A DNA stretch of 35,091 nucleotides, taken from the NCBI GenBank assembly GCA_013001705.1, contig JABDLZ010000067.1, positions 1-35,091 of the forward strand. The letters are read 5' to 3'. Origin of the DNA: Flavobacteriales bacterium (GTDB lineage: Bacteria; Bacteroidota; Bacteroidia; Flavobacteriales_D; JABDKJ01). The notes under the pieces were generated by a model. That model was not told the DNA's origin, made no database searches, and worked only from the letters and a program-made list of their open reading frames with translations. This document shows, piece by piece, positions 27,601-35,091 of the stretch (its first letter is position 1; every line of letters begins with the position of its first letter). Made by a program: the position numbers and the translations under genes.

Positions 27601-27840
27601 AGCGGAATCTTCAAGATCCACCTCACAGCCATCGAACCCGGTAAGAAGTTCAAACTCATCATCGGTGACAATGGGGTCGGTATGCCTGTGGATCTGAGCG
27701 ATACCGAGCAGGATTCACTCGGCACCACACTCATGGAATCCCTGAGTGAACAGCTCAATGGGGAACTGAAACGCATGGATGGACCGGGCACCTTCTACGA
27801 AATGAACTTCGAGCAGCTCAAGGACAGTCTCACCGAGTAA
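24694..27840 (+). CDS. Sensor histidine kinase: periplasmic two-component-regulator propeller repeats + Y_Y_Y-like region, one TM helix, HisKA_2-type kinase core
   Basis: About 1048 aa. There are many WIGTxxGLNRY/WVGTxxG propeller repeats. The TM helix is FKALLVIFFALMVFLF. The H-box EIHHRVKNNLQIVNSLLRLQ is HisKA_2-like, and the ATPase blocks are NEISSNAMKYAF and IGDNGVGMP. ATG 24694 (MRVLRLKSF..., signal-like) is preferred over TTG 24685. I see no receiver or HTH domain. Confidence 0.85.
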   Translation: MRVLRLKSFVIFLSVLWVSVCSEYHAQGLEIQFDHLGVRDGLSQATAYCIYEDRLGFIWVGTDDGLNRYDGYECIIFREDPLDERSLSNNSVNAIQEDSNGNLWVGTDQGLNLLFAERMDFKTHKFDFHDPGSLSSNTVWCMTLDADDRLWIGTANGLNRYSTADSSFTKYKSEVDDPFSLSNNSVNALYTDSSGTLWIGTNQGLNRWNVSDESFDHFDVPGDLSRYGQVIQCIGSGPQGELLVGTNQGVFVLQDSLLTPSVYTQVADMKITACRTDKQGDLWIGTNSGLYHYLKGRSEPILHIHDEQNNTSISDDNINYIHEDSTDILWIGTYSGGVNLYYREQQQIFHYDNENLGRTVFPSDIVNCIEQVSLGEFWLGTEAGIGILRDATTISGIRTAIPEELNGKSVKCILSRDELLAVGTDRDGVVLIDRTNGEVTTLRRRADGTGLIDDRIASLEWCGDDLWIGTQGSGINIYSTVTDSLTRIQYAPASKGGLADNRIVDLQKQGTEAMWIGTASEGVQRYSIEDGTFTDYAVRQDSSRMLSSDKVLCIYFDSAVLWVGTKGGGVNKIDLLTDQVQFYTTENGLANNVVYDIRSDHQGRLWMTTNNGISVLDIENENFINYNEIDGLGNQTFLPSSGLSSRRGEIFFGGRQGLDIIRYQDIETNSVLPKVYFTQMQVFDSKQNQYDPDLSRNLVHEIETIELRPEMSLITLGFSGLNYRRPEKNTYAYRLAGLTDEWTFIGDRRYVTFSELPPGDYQLQVKAANNDGRWSEEPSQIYLSIIPAFYQTNWFKALLVIFFALMVFLFNQYRLRRVRSVNRKLEKRVKLRTAQIAKERDEKAILLQEIHHRVKNNLQIVNSLLRLQSHYVKDEEALWALDESQNRVMSMAMIHERMYKTENLANINIPDYIRDLCTDIINTYDLSNNVTLDLDIQVEKLNLDTLTPLGLIINEISSNAMKYAFPDGRSGIFKIHLTAIEPGKKFKLIIGDNGVGMPVDLSDTEQDSLGTTLMESLSEQLNGELKRMDGPGTFYEMNFEQLKDSLTE

Positions 27841-29122
27841 GGAAGAACAGGCTGAACCCTGTCAAAAAGAGCACACCACAGAAAGCCAGTAGGCGCAGCC
27901 AGAGCGGGGGAACGAACTCTGCCGCCACAAAGGGCCGATGCACCAGGATCAGATTTACGATAGCTATGAAGGGAGCGATCAGGAAGGATATGGTCGTGGC
28001 CAGGTCTACCAGATCAGGGATGGAAGTGCCCAAGAAGTAGATGATACCAAAGGTGCCTAGCACGAGTATCCATAAGGTGCGACCATAGGTCTTCGAGCGT
28101 TCACCCGATCCCTCAGGCCCATGTAGAAGTAGATGGGCCGTATGGTCCATGGCACGTGCATAGCCATCGAGCACTGCGATACTGGTGCCGAACATGATGG
28201 CAAAACCGGCAGAGGCCACGATGATATAGCTCCACTCACCGATAGTCGAGGTATACATCGTGATCACCTGATGGGCAAATCCAGCACCACTGGTAGACAA
28301 TTCTGTGCCTGTATCGTAGAATAGATAAGAGCCCATCGTGATGAAACAAAGGGCTAATAGAGCCGAGATCACATAGCCCAGATTGAAATCGAACAAGGTC
28401 TCCTTCAAGGCCGGACGATAACCGGTCTGTCGGATACGGGCCACCGTCCATAGGCTGTTCCAGGTACTGAGATCCACTGCAGTGGGCATCCAACCCATTA
28501 ATGCGATAAGGAAAGCGATACCGATGGCATCTTCAGGAAGGATGAACTCCAGAGAGATGTCCTGAGCTACCGGGCCATGGGCAAGTGTGAGCACAAATGC
28601 GACCACAGTAGTCAAGAGCAGGACACTGGCTATCACTTTGATCAAGGAGTCCAATACCGAAAAACGACCCCGACTCAAAATGATAGCACATACAAGCAGG
28701 ATCAGTGCTGAAATGATCGCCAGATCCACTCCCGTATGTTGAGAGATAGCAAAGAGATTATCTAAGAAGCCACTGGTCACTGCAGTCACTGCGGCCGAGA
28801 CAAAGAACATACTCCCTAAGGTTATGAGCGCATAGGTCCACAGGACCCATTTTCCCAGTCGATGATACCCATCCAGTAAAGAAGTTCCAGTCGCATTGGC
28901 ATAACGCGAACCGAATTCGAAGAATGGATATTTCATGAGGTTGGCCAACACCACCGCCCAAAGCAGTCCGAATCCATAGAATGCTCCTGCACGTGTGCTC
29001 TGTACCAGATGGCTCACCCCTATGGCTGTGCTGGCGAAGAGGATTCCTGGACCCAGGGTCTTCCAAATATTGCCTTTGGTCGCTGATTTCACTTTCGCAA
29101 TATGCCGAGAAATCCCGTTCAT
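27830..29122 (-). CDS. Nramp-superfamily transporter, atypical subfamily lacking the DPGN motif
   Basis: 430 aa and polytopic. It aligns by eye to MntH TM1-TM2: GPGILFASTAIGVSHLVQSTRAGAFYGFGLLWAVVLANLM versus [40 protein letters not shown]. TM6 is MGWMPT versus TIMPH. The 3' end overlaps the kinase gene by 11 nt (convergent). Confidence 0.75.
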   Translation of the reverse strand: MNGISRHIAKVKSATKGNIWKTLGPGILFASTAIGVSHLVQSTRAGAFYGFGLLWAVVLANLMKYPFFEFGSRYANATGTSLLDGYHRLGKWVLWTYALITLGSMFFVSAAVTAVTSGFLDNLFAISQHTGVDLAIISALILLVCAIILSRGRFSVLDSLIKVIASVLLLTTVVAFVLTLAHGPVAQDISLEFILPEDAIGIAFLIALMGWMPTAVDLSTWNSLWTVARIRQTGYRPALKETLFDFNLGYVISALLALCFITMGSYLFYDTGTELSTSGAGFAHQVITMYTSTIGEWSYIIVASAGFAIMFGTSIAVLDGYARAMDHTAHLLLHGPEGSGERSKTYGRTLWILVLGTFGIIYFLGTSIPDLVDLATTISFLIAPFIAIVNLILVHRPFVAAEFVPPLWLRLLAFCGVLFLTGFSLFFLTR

Positions 29123-29133
29123 CGATTTTATTA

Positions 29134-29174
29134 TGCGTGCATACTTTATTTTCTATTTTTGTACTATGCACGCA
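29134..29174. promoter_or_regulatory. 10-bp perfect inverted repeat (TGCGTGCATA-N21-TATGCACGCA) spanning the Nramp/marR divergent promoter region and the marR start codon; candidate MarR operator
   Basis: The arms are at 29134..29143 and 29165..29174. Each arm is embedded in an imperfect palindrome of its own (ATGCGTGCAT and ATGCACGCAG). The right arm contains ATG 29166. Confidence 0.45.
29154..29161 (+). promoter_or_regulatory. -7 promoter box (TATTTTTG) for the marR-led operon
   Basis: Exact TAnnTTTG match, ending 4 nt before ATG 29166. Confidence 0.4.
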
Positions 29175-29621
29175 GAAGAAACGGTCGACTATCATCTGAG
29201 ATATGTATGGGCATCCATCTCACGTATGTACAATGCGGAAGCCAGCAAATACAAAGGCACCATGTCCATCGGATATGTGCTTCTCAATATTGATAAGGAA
29301 GGAACCCCCTCTACCAGTTTGGGACCCAAGATGGGTATGGAAAGCACCAGTCTTAGCAGAACCTTGAAACGCATGGAGGACCAAGGCCTGATCATCCGTA
29401 AGAAAGACAAGAAGGACGGCCGTATGGTACGTATATTCTTGAGTGATCTGGGCATGGCCATGCGCGAGAAGTCCAGACAGAGCGTTCTCCAGCTCAATCA
29501 TGTCATCAGAGAACAGATCGAACCTGAAAAACTGGATGTGTTCTTCGAAGTCATGAAAAAAATGCAGTTCATCCTCAATCAGGAAGATGTCTTCCAAAAC
29601 ATCTCAAACCAAGAACAATGA
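29166..29621 (+). CDS. MarR-family transcriptional regulator (first gene of the beta-oxidation operon)
   Basis: About 151 aa from ATG 29166 (MHAEETVDYHLRY...). The winged-helix core is PSTSLGPKMGMESTSLSRTLKRMEDQGLIIRKKDKKDGRMVRIFLSDLG. The ORF-track start at 28995 lies inside the opposite-strand Nramp-like gene. The stop forms an ATGA overlap with the next gene. Confidence 0.85.
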   Translation: MHAEETVDYHLRYVWASISRMYNAEASKYKGTMSIGYVLLNIDKEGTPSTSLGPKMGMESTSLSRTLKRMEDQGLIIRKKDKKDGRMVRIFLSDLGMAMREKSRQSVLQLNHVIREQIEPEKLDVFFEVMKKMQFILNQEDVFQNISNQEQ

Positions 29622-32023
29622 ATCGAATCATAGATAAGGTCGCAGTATTGGGCTCAGGGGTCATGGGATCCCGCATCGCCTGTCATTTCGCCAATATCGG
29701 TGTAGAGGTGCTCCTTCTCGATATCGTACCGCGAGAACTAAATGAGAAAGAAGAGGCTAAGGGACTGAGTCTCGAAAGCCCTCAGGTGCGCAACAGGTTG
29801 GTCAATGATGCGCTTCAGACCGCGTTGAAGAGCAACCCCTCTCCCATTTATAGTAAATCATTTGCCTCGCGCATCAGCACCGGCAACTTCGAGGATGACA
29901 TGCACCGCATCGCGGATTGCGATTGGATCATCGAAGTGGTGGTCGAGCGATTGGATATCAAACAGATAGTCTTCGAGCAGGTTGAAAAGTATCGCAAGCC
30001 GGGCACCTTGATCACCACAAATACCTCGGGCATCCCTATCCATATGCTCATAGAGGGACGTAGTGATGATTTTGTGAAGCACTTCTGCGGGACGCACTTC
30101 TTCAACCCTCCACGCTACCTCAAACTCCTAGAGATCATCCCTTCGGAGAAGACCGATCCGGCCATCATCGATTTCCTGATGGACTATGGAGCTAGATTCT
30201 TGGGTAAGAAGACCGTGCTCTGTAAAGACACACCGGCCTTCATCGCCAACCGAGTAGGGGTATTCGGGATACAGGCCCTTTTCCATCTGATGCCGGAGAT
30301 GGGTCTGACAGTAGAAGAGGTCGATAAACTTACCGGGCCGGCCATGGGCCGTCCTAAATCAGCCACCTTCCGCACGTGTGATGTGGTCGGGCTCGATACC
30401 CTTATCCATGTGGCCAACGGGGTTAAGGAGAACTGCCCGGATGATGAGCGTAGAGAGGTCTTCGAGATTCCGGACTACGTACAATATCTCGCTGATAATA
30501 ACTGGTTGGGCTCCAAGTCGGGACAGGGATTCTACAAAAAGGTAAAAGACGAGAAAGGGAAAAGCCAGATCCTCGTCTTCGACATCGAAACGAAGGACTA
30601 CCGCCCTCAGAACAAGGTCAAGTTCGCCACCTTGGAAGCCGCCAAACAAGTGGATGATCTGGCAAAGCGCACTGCGGTTCTCTATTCAGGAAAAGACAAA
30701 GCAGGAGAATTTTATCGCAGACAGTTCCATGCCCTATTCGCCTATGTATCCAACCGTATCCCGGAGATATCGGATGAACTCTACCGCATCGATGATGCCT
30801 TGAAGGCTGGATTCGGATGGGAGATCGGTGCCTTTGAGAGTTGGGATGCTGTAGGTGTCAAGGCCGGTCTGGAAGGACTGAGCAATGAAGGACTGAGCGC
30901 CTCTGCCTGGGTACAGGAAATGCTGGATGCAGGAATCGATTCCTTCTACCGATTGCAGGACGGAGTGCGTCAGTATTATGACATCCCTTCTAAGAGCTAC
31001 AAGGACATCCCGGGTCAAGAGAATATCATCTCACTCGCCAATATCACAGATGACAAAATACTCTGGAGCAATTCCGGAACCACGATAAAGGATCTGGGTG
31101 ACGGCATCATCAATATCGAGTTCCATACTAAGATGAATACCATCGGTGGAGAGGTATTGCAGGGACTCAACAAGGCGGTCGACATGGCCGAGAAGGATTA
31201 TCGCGGACTGGTCATCAGCAACGAAGGACAGAACTTCTCTGCGGGTGCCAATGTGGGTATGATATTCATGTTGGCTGTAGAGCAGGAATTCGATGAGTTG
31301 GATATCGCAGTGAAGATGTTCCAACAGACTACGACCCGATTGAGGCATTGCAATATCCCCGTAGTAGCAGCTCCTCATGGACTGACGCTAGGTGGTGGCT
31401 GCGAGATATGCCTGCATGTGGACAAGGTGGTCGCTCATGCAGAGACCTATATGGGGCTGGTAGAATTCGGTGTAGGACTCATCCCTGGTGGTGGTGGCAC
31501 GAAAGAATTCGCCCTCAGATTGGCCGATGAGCTACATGATGGTGACATGCGCATCAACCAGTTCCGCAACCGGTTCTTGACCATCGGTCAGGCCAAGGTG
31601 TCTACCAGTGGTGAAGAAGCCTTCGAGTTGGGATATATGCGAAGAGGCCAGGATGAGGTAGTGGTCTCACGCGAGCACCAATTGAGCATTGCCAAAGAGG
31701 CCTGTCAACTGATGGCCGATGAGGGATATACCGCTCCCCCACCTCGCAAGGATATCGAGGTGCTTGGAAATGAGGCTTTAGGCGTGGTCTATGTAGGTGC
31801 GGATAGCATGAGGAGTGGGAATTACATCTCCGATCATGACCAGCTGATCTCTGAGAAATTAGGATTCGTATTGGCCGGAGGAGATTTCACTACACGCACT
31901 GAAGTGAGTGAGAAATACCTGCTCGATCTCGAACGCAGAAAGTTCTTGGAGCTCTGCGCAGAGCGCAAGACCCTGGAAAGACTCCAGAGCATCATCACCA
32001 CAGGTAAAGTATTACGCAACTGA
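29618..32023 (+). CDS. Bifunctional 3-hydroxyacyl-CoA dehydrogenase / enoyl-CoA hydratase (FadB-like, dehydrogenase domain N-terminal)
   Basis: 801 aa. The N-terminus has the Rossmann motif KVAVLGSGVMGSRIACHFA plus HFFNPPRYLKLLEI. The C-terminal half is crotonase-like (GQNFSAGANVGM...PHGLTLGGGCEI). Confidence 0.9.
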   Translation: MNRIIDKVAVLGSGVMGSRIACHFANIGVEVLLLDIVPRELNEKEEAKGLSLESPQVRNRLVNDALQTALKSNPSPIYSKSFASRISTGNFEDDMHRIADCDWIIEVVVERLDIKQIVFEQVEKYRKPGTLITTNTSGIPIHMLIEGRSDDFVKHFCGTHFFNPPRYLKLLEIIPSEKTDPAIIDFLMDYGARFLGKKTVLCKDTPAFIANRVGVFGIQALFHLMPEMGLTVEEVDKLTGPAMGRPKSATFRTCDVVGLDTLIHVANGVKENCPDDERREVFEIPDYVQYLADNNWLGSKSGQGFYKKVKDEKGKSQILVFDIETKDYRPQNKVKFATLEAAKQVDDLAKRTAVLYSGKDKAGEFYRRQFHALFAYVSNRIPEISDELYRIDDALKAGFGWEIGAFESWDAVGVKAGLEGLSNEGLSASAWVQEMLDAGIDSFYRLQDGVRQYYDIPSKSYKDIPGQENIISLANITDDKILWSNSGTTIKDLGDGIINIEFHTKMNTIGGEVLQGLNKAVDMAEKDYRGLVISNEGQNFSAGANVGMIFMLAVEQEFDELDIAVKMFQQTTTRLRHCNIPVVAAPHGLTLGGGCEICLHVDKVVAHAETYMGLVEFGVGLIPGGGGTKEFALRLADELHDGDMRINQFRNRFLTIGQAKVSTSGEEAFELGYMRRGQDEVVVSREHQLSIAKEACQLMADEGYTAPPPRKDIEVLGNEALGVVYVGADSMRSGNYISDHDQLISEKLGFVLAGGDFTTRTEVSEKYLLDLERRKFLELCAERKTLERLQSIITTGKVLRN

Positions 32024-32063
32024 TCGGGTCCTTGAATCCAGGTCATTAAAAATTGAATCAATA

Positions 32064-33239
32064 ATGGACGCATATATCATCAAAGCATATCGCAGCGCAG
32101 TAGGAAAAGCCCCCAGAGGTCTCTTCAAGCATATGCGCGCTGACGATCTCGGTGCCAAGGTCATCCAGCACATCATGTCCGAGCTACCTCAGCTGGACCA
32201 TGAGCGTATTGACGATGTCATCGTGGGCAATGCCACCCCGGAGGCCGAGCAAGGACTCAACGTGGGTCGCATGATCTCACTCATGGGATTGAATACAGAG
32301 AAGGTCCCAGGTATGACGGTCAATCGCTATTGCTCTTCTGGACTGGAGACCATCGCCATCGCCAGTGCAAAGATCCACAGTGGCATGTCAGACTGCATCA
32401 TCGCAGGTGGAGTGGAGACTATGACACCTATCCCCTTCGGAGGATGGAGATTGGTCCCCAATCCCAAAGTGGCCAAGGAACATCCAGATTGGTATTGGGG
32501 TATGGGCCTCACTGCAGAAGCGGTCGCTAAAGAGTACAATGTTACTCGAGGTGAACAGGATGAATTCGCTTATCATTCCCAGATGCGCGCTGCAGATGCG
32601 CTGGTCAATGGCCGGTTCAAAGAAGACATCGTGCCTATTGAGGTGACAGAGGTGTTCGTCAAGGACGACAAACGCCAAGAGCGCACTTATACAGTAGATA
32701 CCGATGAAGGAGTAAGGAAGGACACCAGCTTGGAAGCCTTGGCCAAACTCCGTCCAGTATTCGATGCTAAGGGAACAGTGACTGCCGGAAATGCCTCACA
32801 GACTTCCGATGGAGCTGCTTTCACCCTCGTGGTATCTGAGCGCATGCTCAAAGAACTCGATGTAGAACCTATCGCTCAGCTCAAGAGCTATCATGTCTCC
32901 GGGTTAGAGCCTCGCATCATGGGCATGGGGCCGATGTATGCCGTGCCCAAGGCCATCGAGAAGGCAGGTCTGAAAGCCTCCGATATCGATCTCTATGAGC
33001 TGAATGAGGCCTTTGCCTCACAATCTGTGGCGGTGATGCGTGAGTTGGACCTCGACCCTGAGAAGGTGAATGTCAATGGAGGTGCCATCGCCCTTGGTCA
33101 CCCTCTGGGCTGCACCGGAGCCAAACTGAGCGTACAACTCTTCAATGAGATGCGCAGAAGAAATCAGAAATACGGTATCGTGACCATGTGTGTAGGCACG
33201 GGTCAAGGCGCTGCCGGAGTCTATGAATTATTGAATTGA
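32064..33239 (+). CDS. Acetyl-CoA C-acyltransferase (3-ketoacyl-CoA thiolase, FadA-like)
   Basis: About 391 aa from ATG 32064 ([19 protein letters not shown]). The thiolase signatures are present: [12 protein letters not shown] (active-site Cys), NEAFASQ, and [15 protein letters not shown]. The ORF-track start at 31908 overlaps the upstream gene. Confidence 0.93.
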   Translation: MDAYIIKAYRSAVGKAPRGLFKHMRADDLGAKVIQHIMSELPQLDHERIDDVIVGNATPEAEQGLNVGRMISLMGLNTEKVPGMTVNRYCSSGLETIAIASAKIHSGMSDCIIAGGVETMTPIPFGGWRLVPNPKVAKEHPDWYWGMGLTAEAVAKEYNVTRGEQDEFAYHSQMRAADALVNGRFKEDIVPIEVTEVFVKDDKRQERTYTVDTDEGVRKDTSLEALAKLRPVFDAKGTVTAGNASQTSDGAAFTLVVSERMLKELDVEPIAQLKSYHVSGLEPRIMGMGPMYAVPKAIEKAGLKASDIDLYELNEAFASQSVAVMRELDLDPEKVNVNGGAIALGHPLGCTGAKLSVQLFNEMRRRNQKYGIVTMCVGTGQGAAGVYELLN

Positions 33240-33256
33240 TCTTATCCCTAGAAAAC

Positions 33257-35053
33257 ATGGAAACAGCAGAACAAAAGAAAAAATTAGCCACCGGAGGTTC
33301 GTTCCTTATCGAGGACACACGTCCTGAGGATATCTTCATCCCAGAGGAATTCGGTGAAGAGCACAACATGATCCGTCAGAGTTGTGAAGACTTCATCAAT
33401 CAGGAGATCATCCCAAACATCGAACGTATCGATGCGATGGAAGAAGGTCTAATGCCTTCTCTTCTGGAAAAAGCGGGAGAATTAGGCATACTCGGCATCT
33501 CCATTCCTGAAGAATTGAACGGCATGGGTATGGATTTCAAGACCACCATGCTCAGCACTGAGTCCATCGGTCATGGATTCTCTTTCTCTGTGGCCCATGG
33601 AGCCCACACAGGCATAGGGACACTGCCTATCCTCTACTACGGAAATGATGAGCAGAAGCAGAAGTACGTGCCTAAACTGGCGACTGGCGAGTGGAAAGGG
33701 GCATATTGCCTCACTGAGCCCAGCTCAGGGTCCGATGCCAATAGTGCTAAGACCAAGGCCGTTCTCACCGAAGACGGGAAGCACTACCTGCTCAATGGTC
33801 AGAAAATGTGGATCACCAACGCTGGATTTGCCGATGTCTTCATCGTCTTTGCCAAGATAGATGACGATGAGAATCTGACCGCATTCATTGTGGAACGCAG
33901 TTTCGAAGGGATCAGCTTCAATCCAGAGGAGAAGAAGATGGGGATCAAGGGGTCTTCTACCCGACAGGTCTTCTTCAATGATTGCAAAGTACCGGTGGAG
34001 AACATGCTCTACGAGCGTCAGAAAGGATTCAAGATCGCAGTCAATGTACTTAACATCGGACGTATCAAGCTGGCTGGAGGAGTCATAGGAGGATCTAAGA
34101 GCGCCATCACCTCTTCGGTGAAGTATGCCAATGAACGTCATCAGTTCGGTCGACCGATCTCCAAATATGGGGCTATCCGGTACAAATTGGCCAAGCAGGC
34201 CTACTTGACCTATGCCGTTGAAAGTGCCCTGTATCGGGCCACTCAGGATATCGATGATGCCATCAATGAGCGCGTAGAATCAGGCATGAACAAGCAGGAA
34301 GCGACTTTGAAAGGAATTGCTGCCTATGCACCAGAATGCGCCATGCTCAAAGTGGCTGGTTCAGAAGTACTGGATTATTGTGTGGATGAAGGAGTACAGA
34401 TACATGGAGGGATGGGCTACAGTGCAGAAAGCATGATCGAGCGGGCCTATCGCGATAGCCGTATCAACCGCATCTTCGAGGGGACCAATGAGATCAACCG
34501 TATGTTGACCGTGGATATGATCCTCAAGAAGGCCATGAAAGGAGAATTGGACCTGATGACCCCGGCCATGGCCGTTCAGAAAGAATTGATGTCCATTCCG
34601 GACTTTGGGGATGATAATGGTGAACTCTTCGCAGAGGAGACCAAGTATGTCAAGAACTTCAAGAAGGCCGTACTCATGACAGCGGGAGCTGCTGTGCAGA
34701 AACTGATGACACAATTGGGTAAAGAGCAGGAGATCCTGATGAACATTGCTGATATGGCGATTGCTACCTACAATGCGGAATCAGTGCTTCTACGTGTGAA
34801 GAAGCTTCTCAAGACCCAATCTGAAGAGGATCTGAAGGAGAAGATAGCTATGGCCAGATTGTATATCTACGAGGCCTCTGAGATAGTCAGAAGATCAGGA
34901 CGTGAAGCGATCATGAGCTTTGCCGAGGGGGATGAGCAGCGTATGATGCTCTTGGGTATCAAGAGATTCAGCAAGATCCAGCCTTTCAATGTGAAAGAAG
35001 CTCAACAGACCGTGGCGCAGGCCATCGTTGAGGCTGACGAGTATTGTTTCTGA
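33257..35053 (+). CDS. Acyl-CoA dehydrogenase (long form, about 598 aa)
   Basis: YCLTEPSSGSDA, QKMWITNAG and YRDSRINRIFEGTNEINR are ACAD signatures, and there is an extra C-terminal helical domain. ATG 33257 (METAEQKKK) is preferred over TTG 33236. Confidence 0.9.
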   Translation: METAEQKKKLATGGSFLIEDTRPEDIFIPEEFGEEHNMIRQSCEDFINQEIIPNIERIDAMEEGLMPSLLEKAGELGILGISIPEELNGMGMDFKTTMLSTESIGHGFSFSVAHGAHTGIGTLPILYYGNDEQKQKYVPKLATGEWKGAYCLTEPSSGSDANSAKTKAVLTEDGKHYLLNGQKMWITNAGFADVFIVFAKIDDDENLTAFIVERSFEGISFNPEEKKMGIKGSSTRQVFFNDCKVPVENMLYERQKGFKIAVNVLNIGRIKLAGGVIGGSKSAITSSVKYANERHQFGRPISKYGAIRYKLAKQAYLTYAVESALYRATQDIDDAINERVESGMNKQEATLKGIAAYAPECAMLKVAGSEVLDYCVDEGVQIHGGMGYSAESMIERAYRDSRINRIFEGTNEINRMLTVDMILKKAMKGELDLMTPAMAVQKELMSIPDFGDDNGELFAEETKYVKNFKKAVLMTAGAAVQKLMTQLGKEQEILMNIADMAIATYNAESVLLRVKKLLKTQSEEDLKEKIAMARLYIYEASEIVRRSGREAIMSFAEGDEQRMMLLGIKRFSKIQPFNVKEAQQTVAQAIVEADEYCF

Positions 35054-35091
35054 TACATCCAATAAGCCAAGAAAAAGAGATCCTCTACTAC

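Noticed and set aside
28995-29165. ORF-track start of the MarR ORF at 28995, and similarly 31908 for the thiolase, 5179 for uppS, 4280 for purK and 33236 for the ACAD
   Set aside because: Most of these extensions overlap neighbouring genes (the marR extension lies inside the opposite-strand transporter gene). They add residues not found at the conserved N-termini of these families. Internal ATGs with better context were chosen.
1-35091. Looked for tRNA/rRNA genes, CRISPR arrays, IS elements or transposases, integrases, phage genes, toxin-antitoxin pairs and long DNA-level direct repeats
   Set aside because: The longest intergenic gaps are about 116 nt or less and none has tRNA-like features. 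I saw no spaced direct repeats. No ORF has transposase, integrase or phage motifs. The only repeats are divergent protein-level modules inside the adhesin gene. A computational repeat or tRNA scan would be needed for certainty.

Overview
This 35.1-kb segment reads as core chromosome of a Bacteroidota (Flavobacteriia-like) bacterium. The signs are T9SS C-terminal sorting domains, TAnnTTTG -7 promoter boxes, and the conserved syntenies DUF6089-uppS-bamA-skp-skp and DUF4290-murA. I call 24 protein genes, tightly packed; one at the left edge is missing from the ORF track. They are: purK-purE chained to two envelope proteins; uppS, bamA and two skp/ompH; an SGNH-like lipoprotein; a 1271-aa CUB/tandem-repeat/PKD adhesin with a T9SS type-B domain; a GDPD; uvrD/pcrA; DUF4290; murA; an NrtR-like regulator; a T9SS-secreted M1 aminopeptidase; pruA; an orphan propeller sensor kinase; an atypical Nramp-like transporter; and a marR-led beta-oxidation operon. 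I saw no rRNA, tRNA, CRISPR, transposase, integrase or phage genes. I do not see a convincing novel multi-gene system such as a defence island, and the window is mostly ordinary. The points most worth a second look are: the secreted ComEA-like HhH protein and PorV/PorQ-like barrel translationally chained to purEK; the adhesin architecture; an SGNH-like protein lacking its nucleophile; an Nramp-like protein lacking the DPGN metal site; and two candidate operators (NrtR-like and MarR). All product calls rest on motif recognition by eye; no database search or folding was run.
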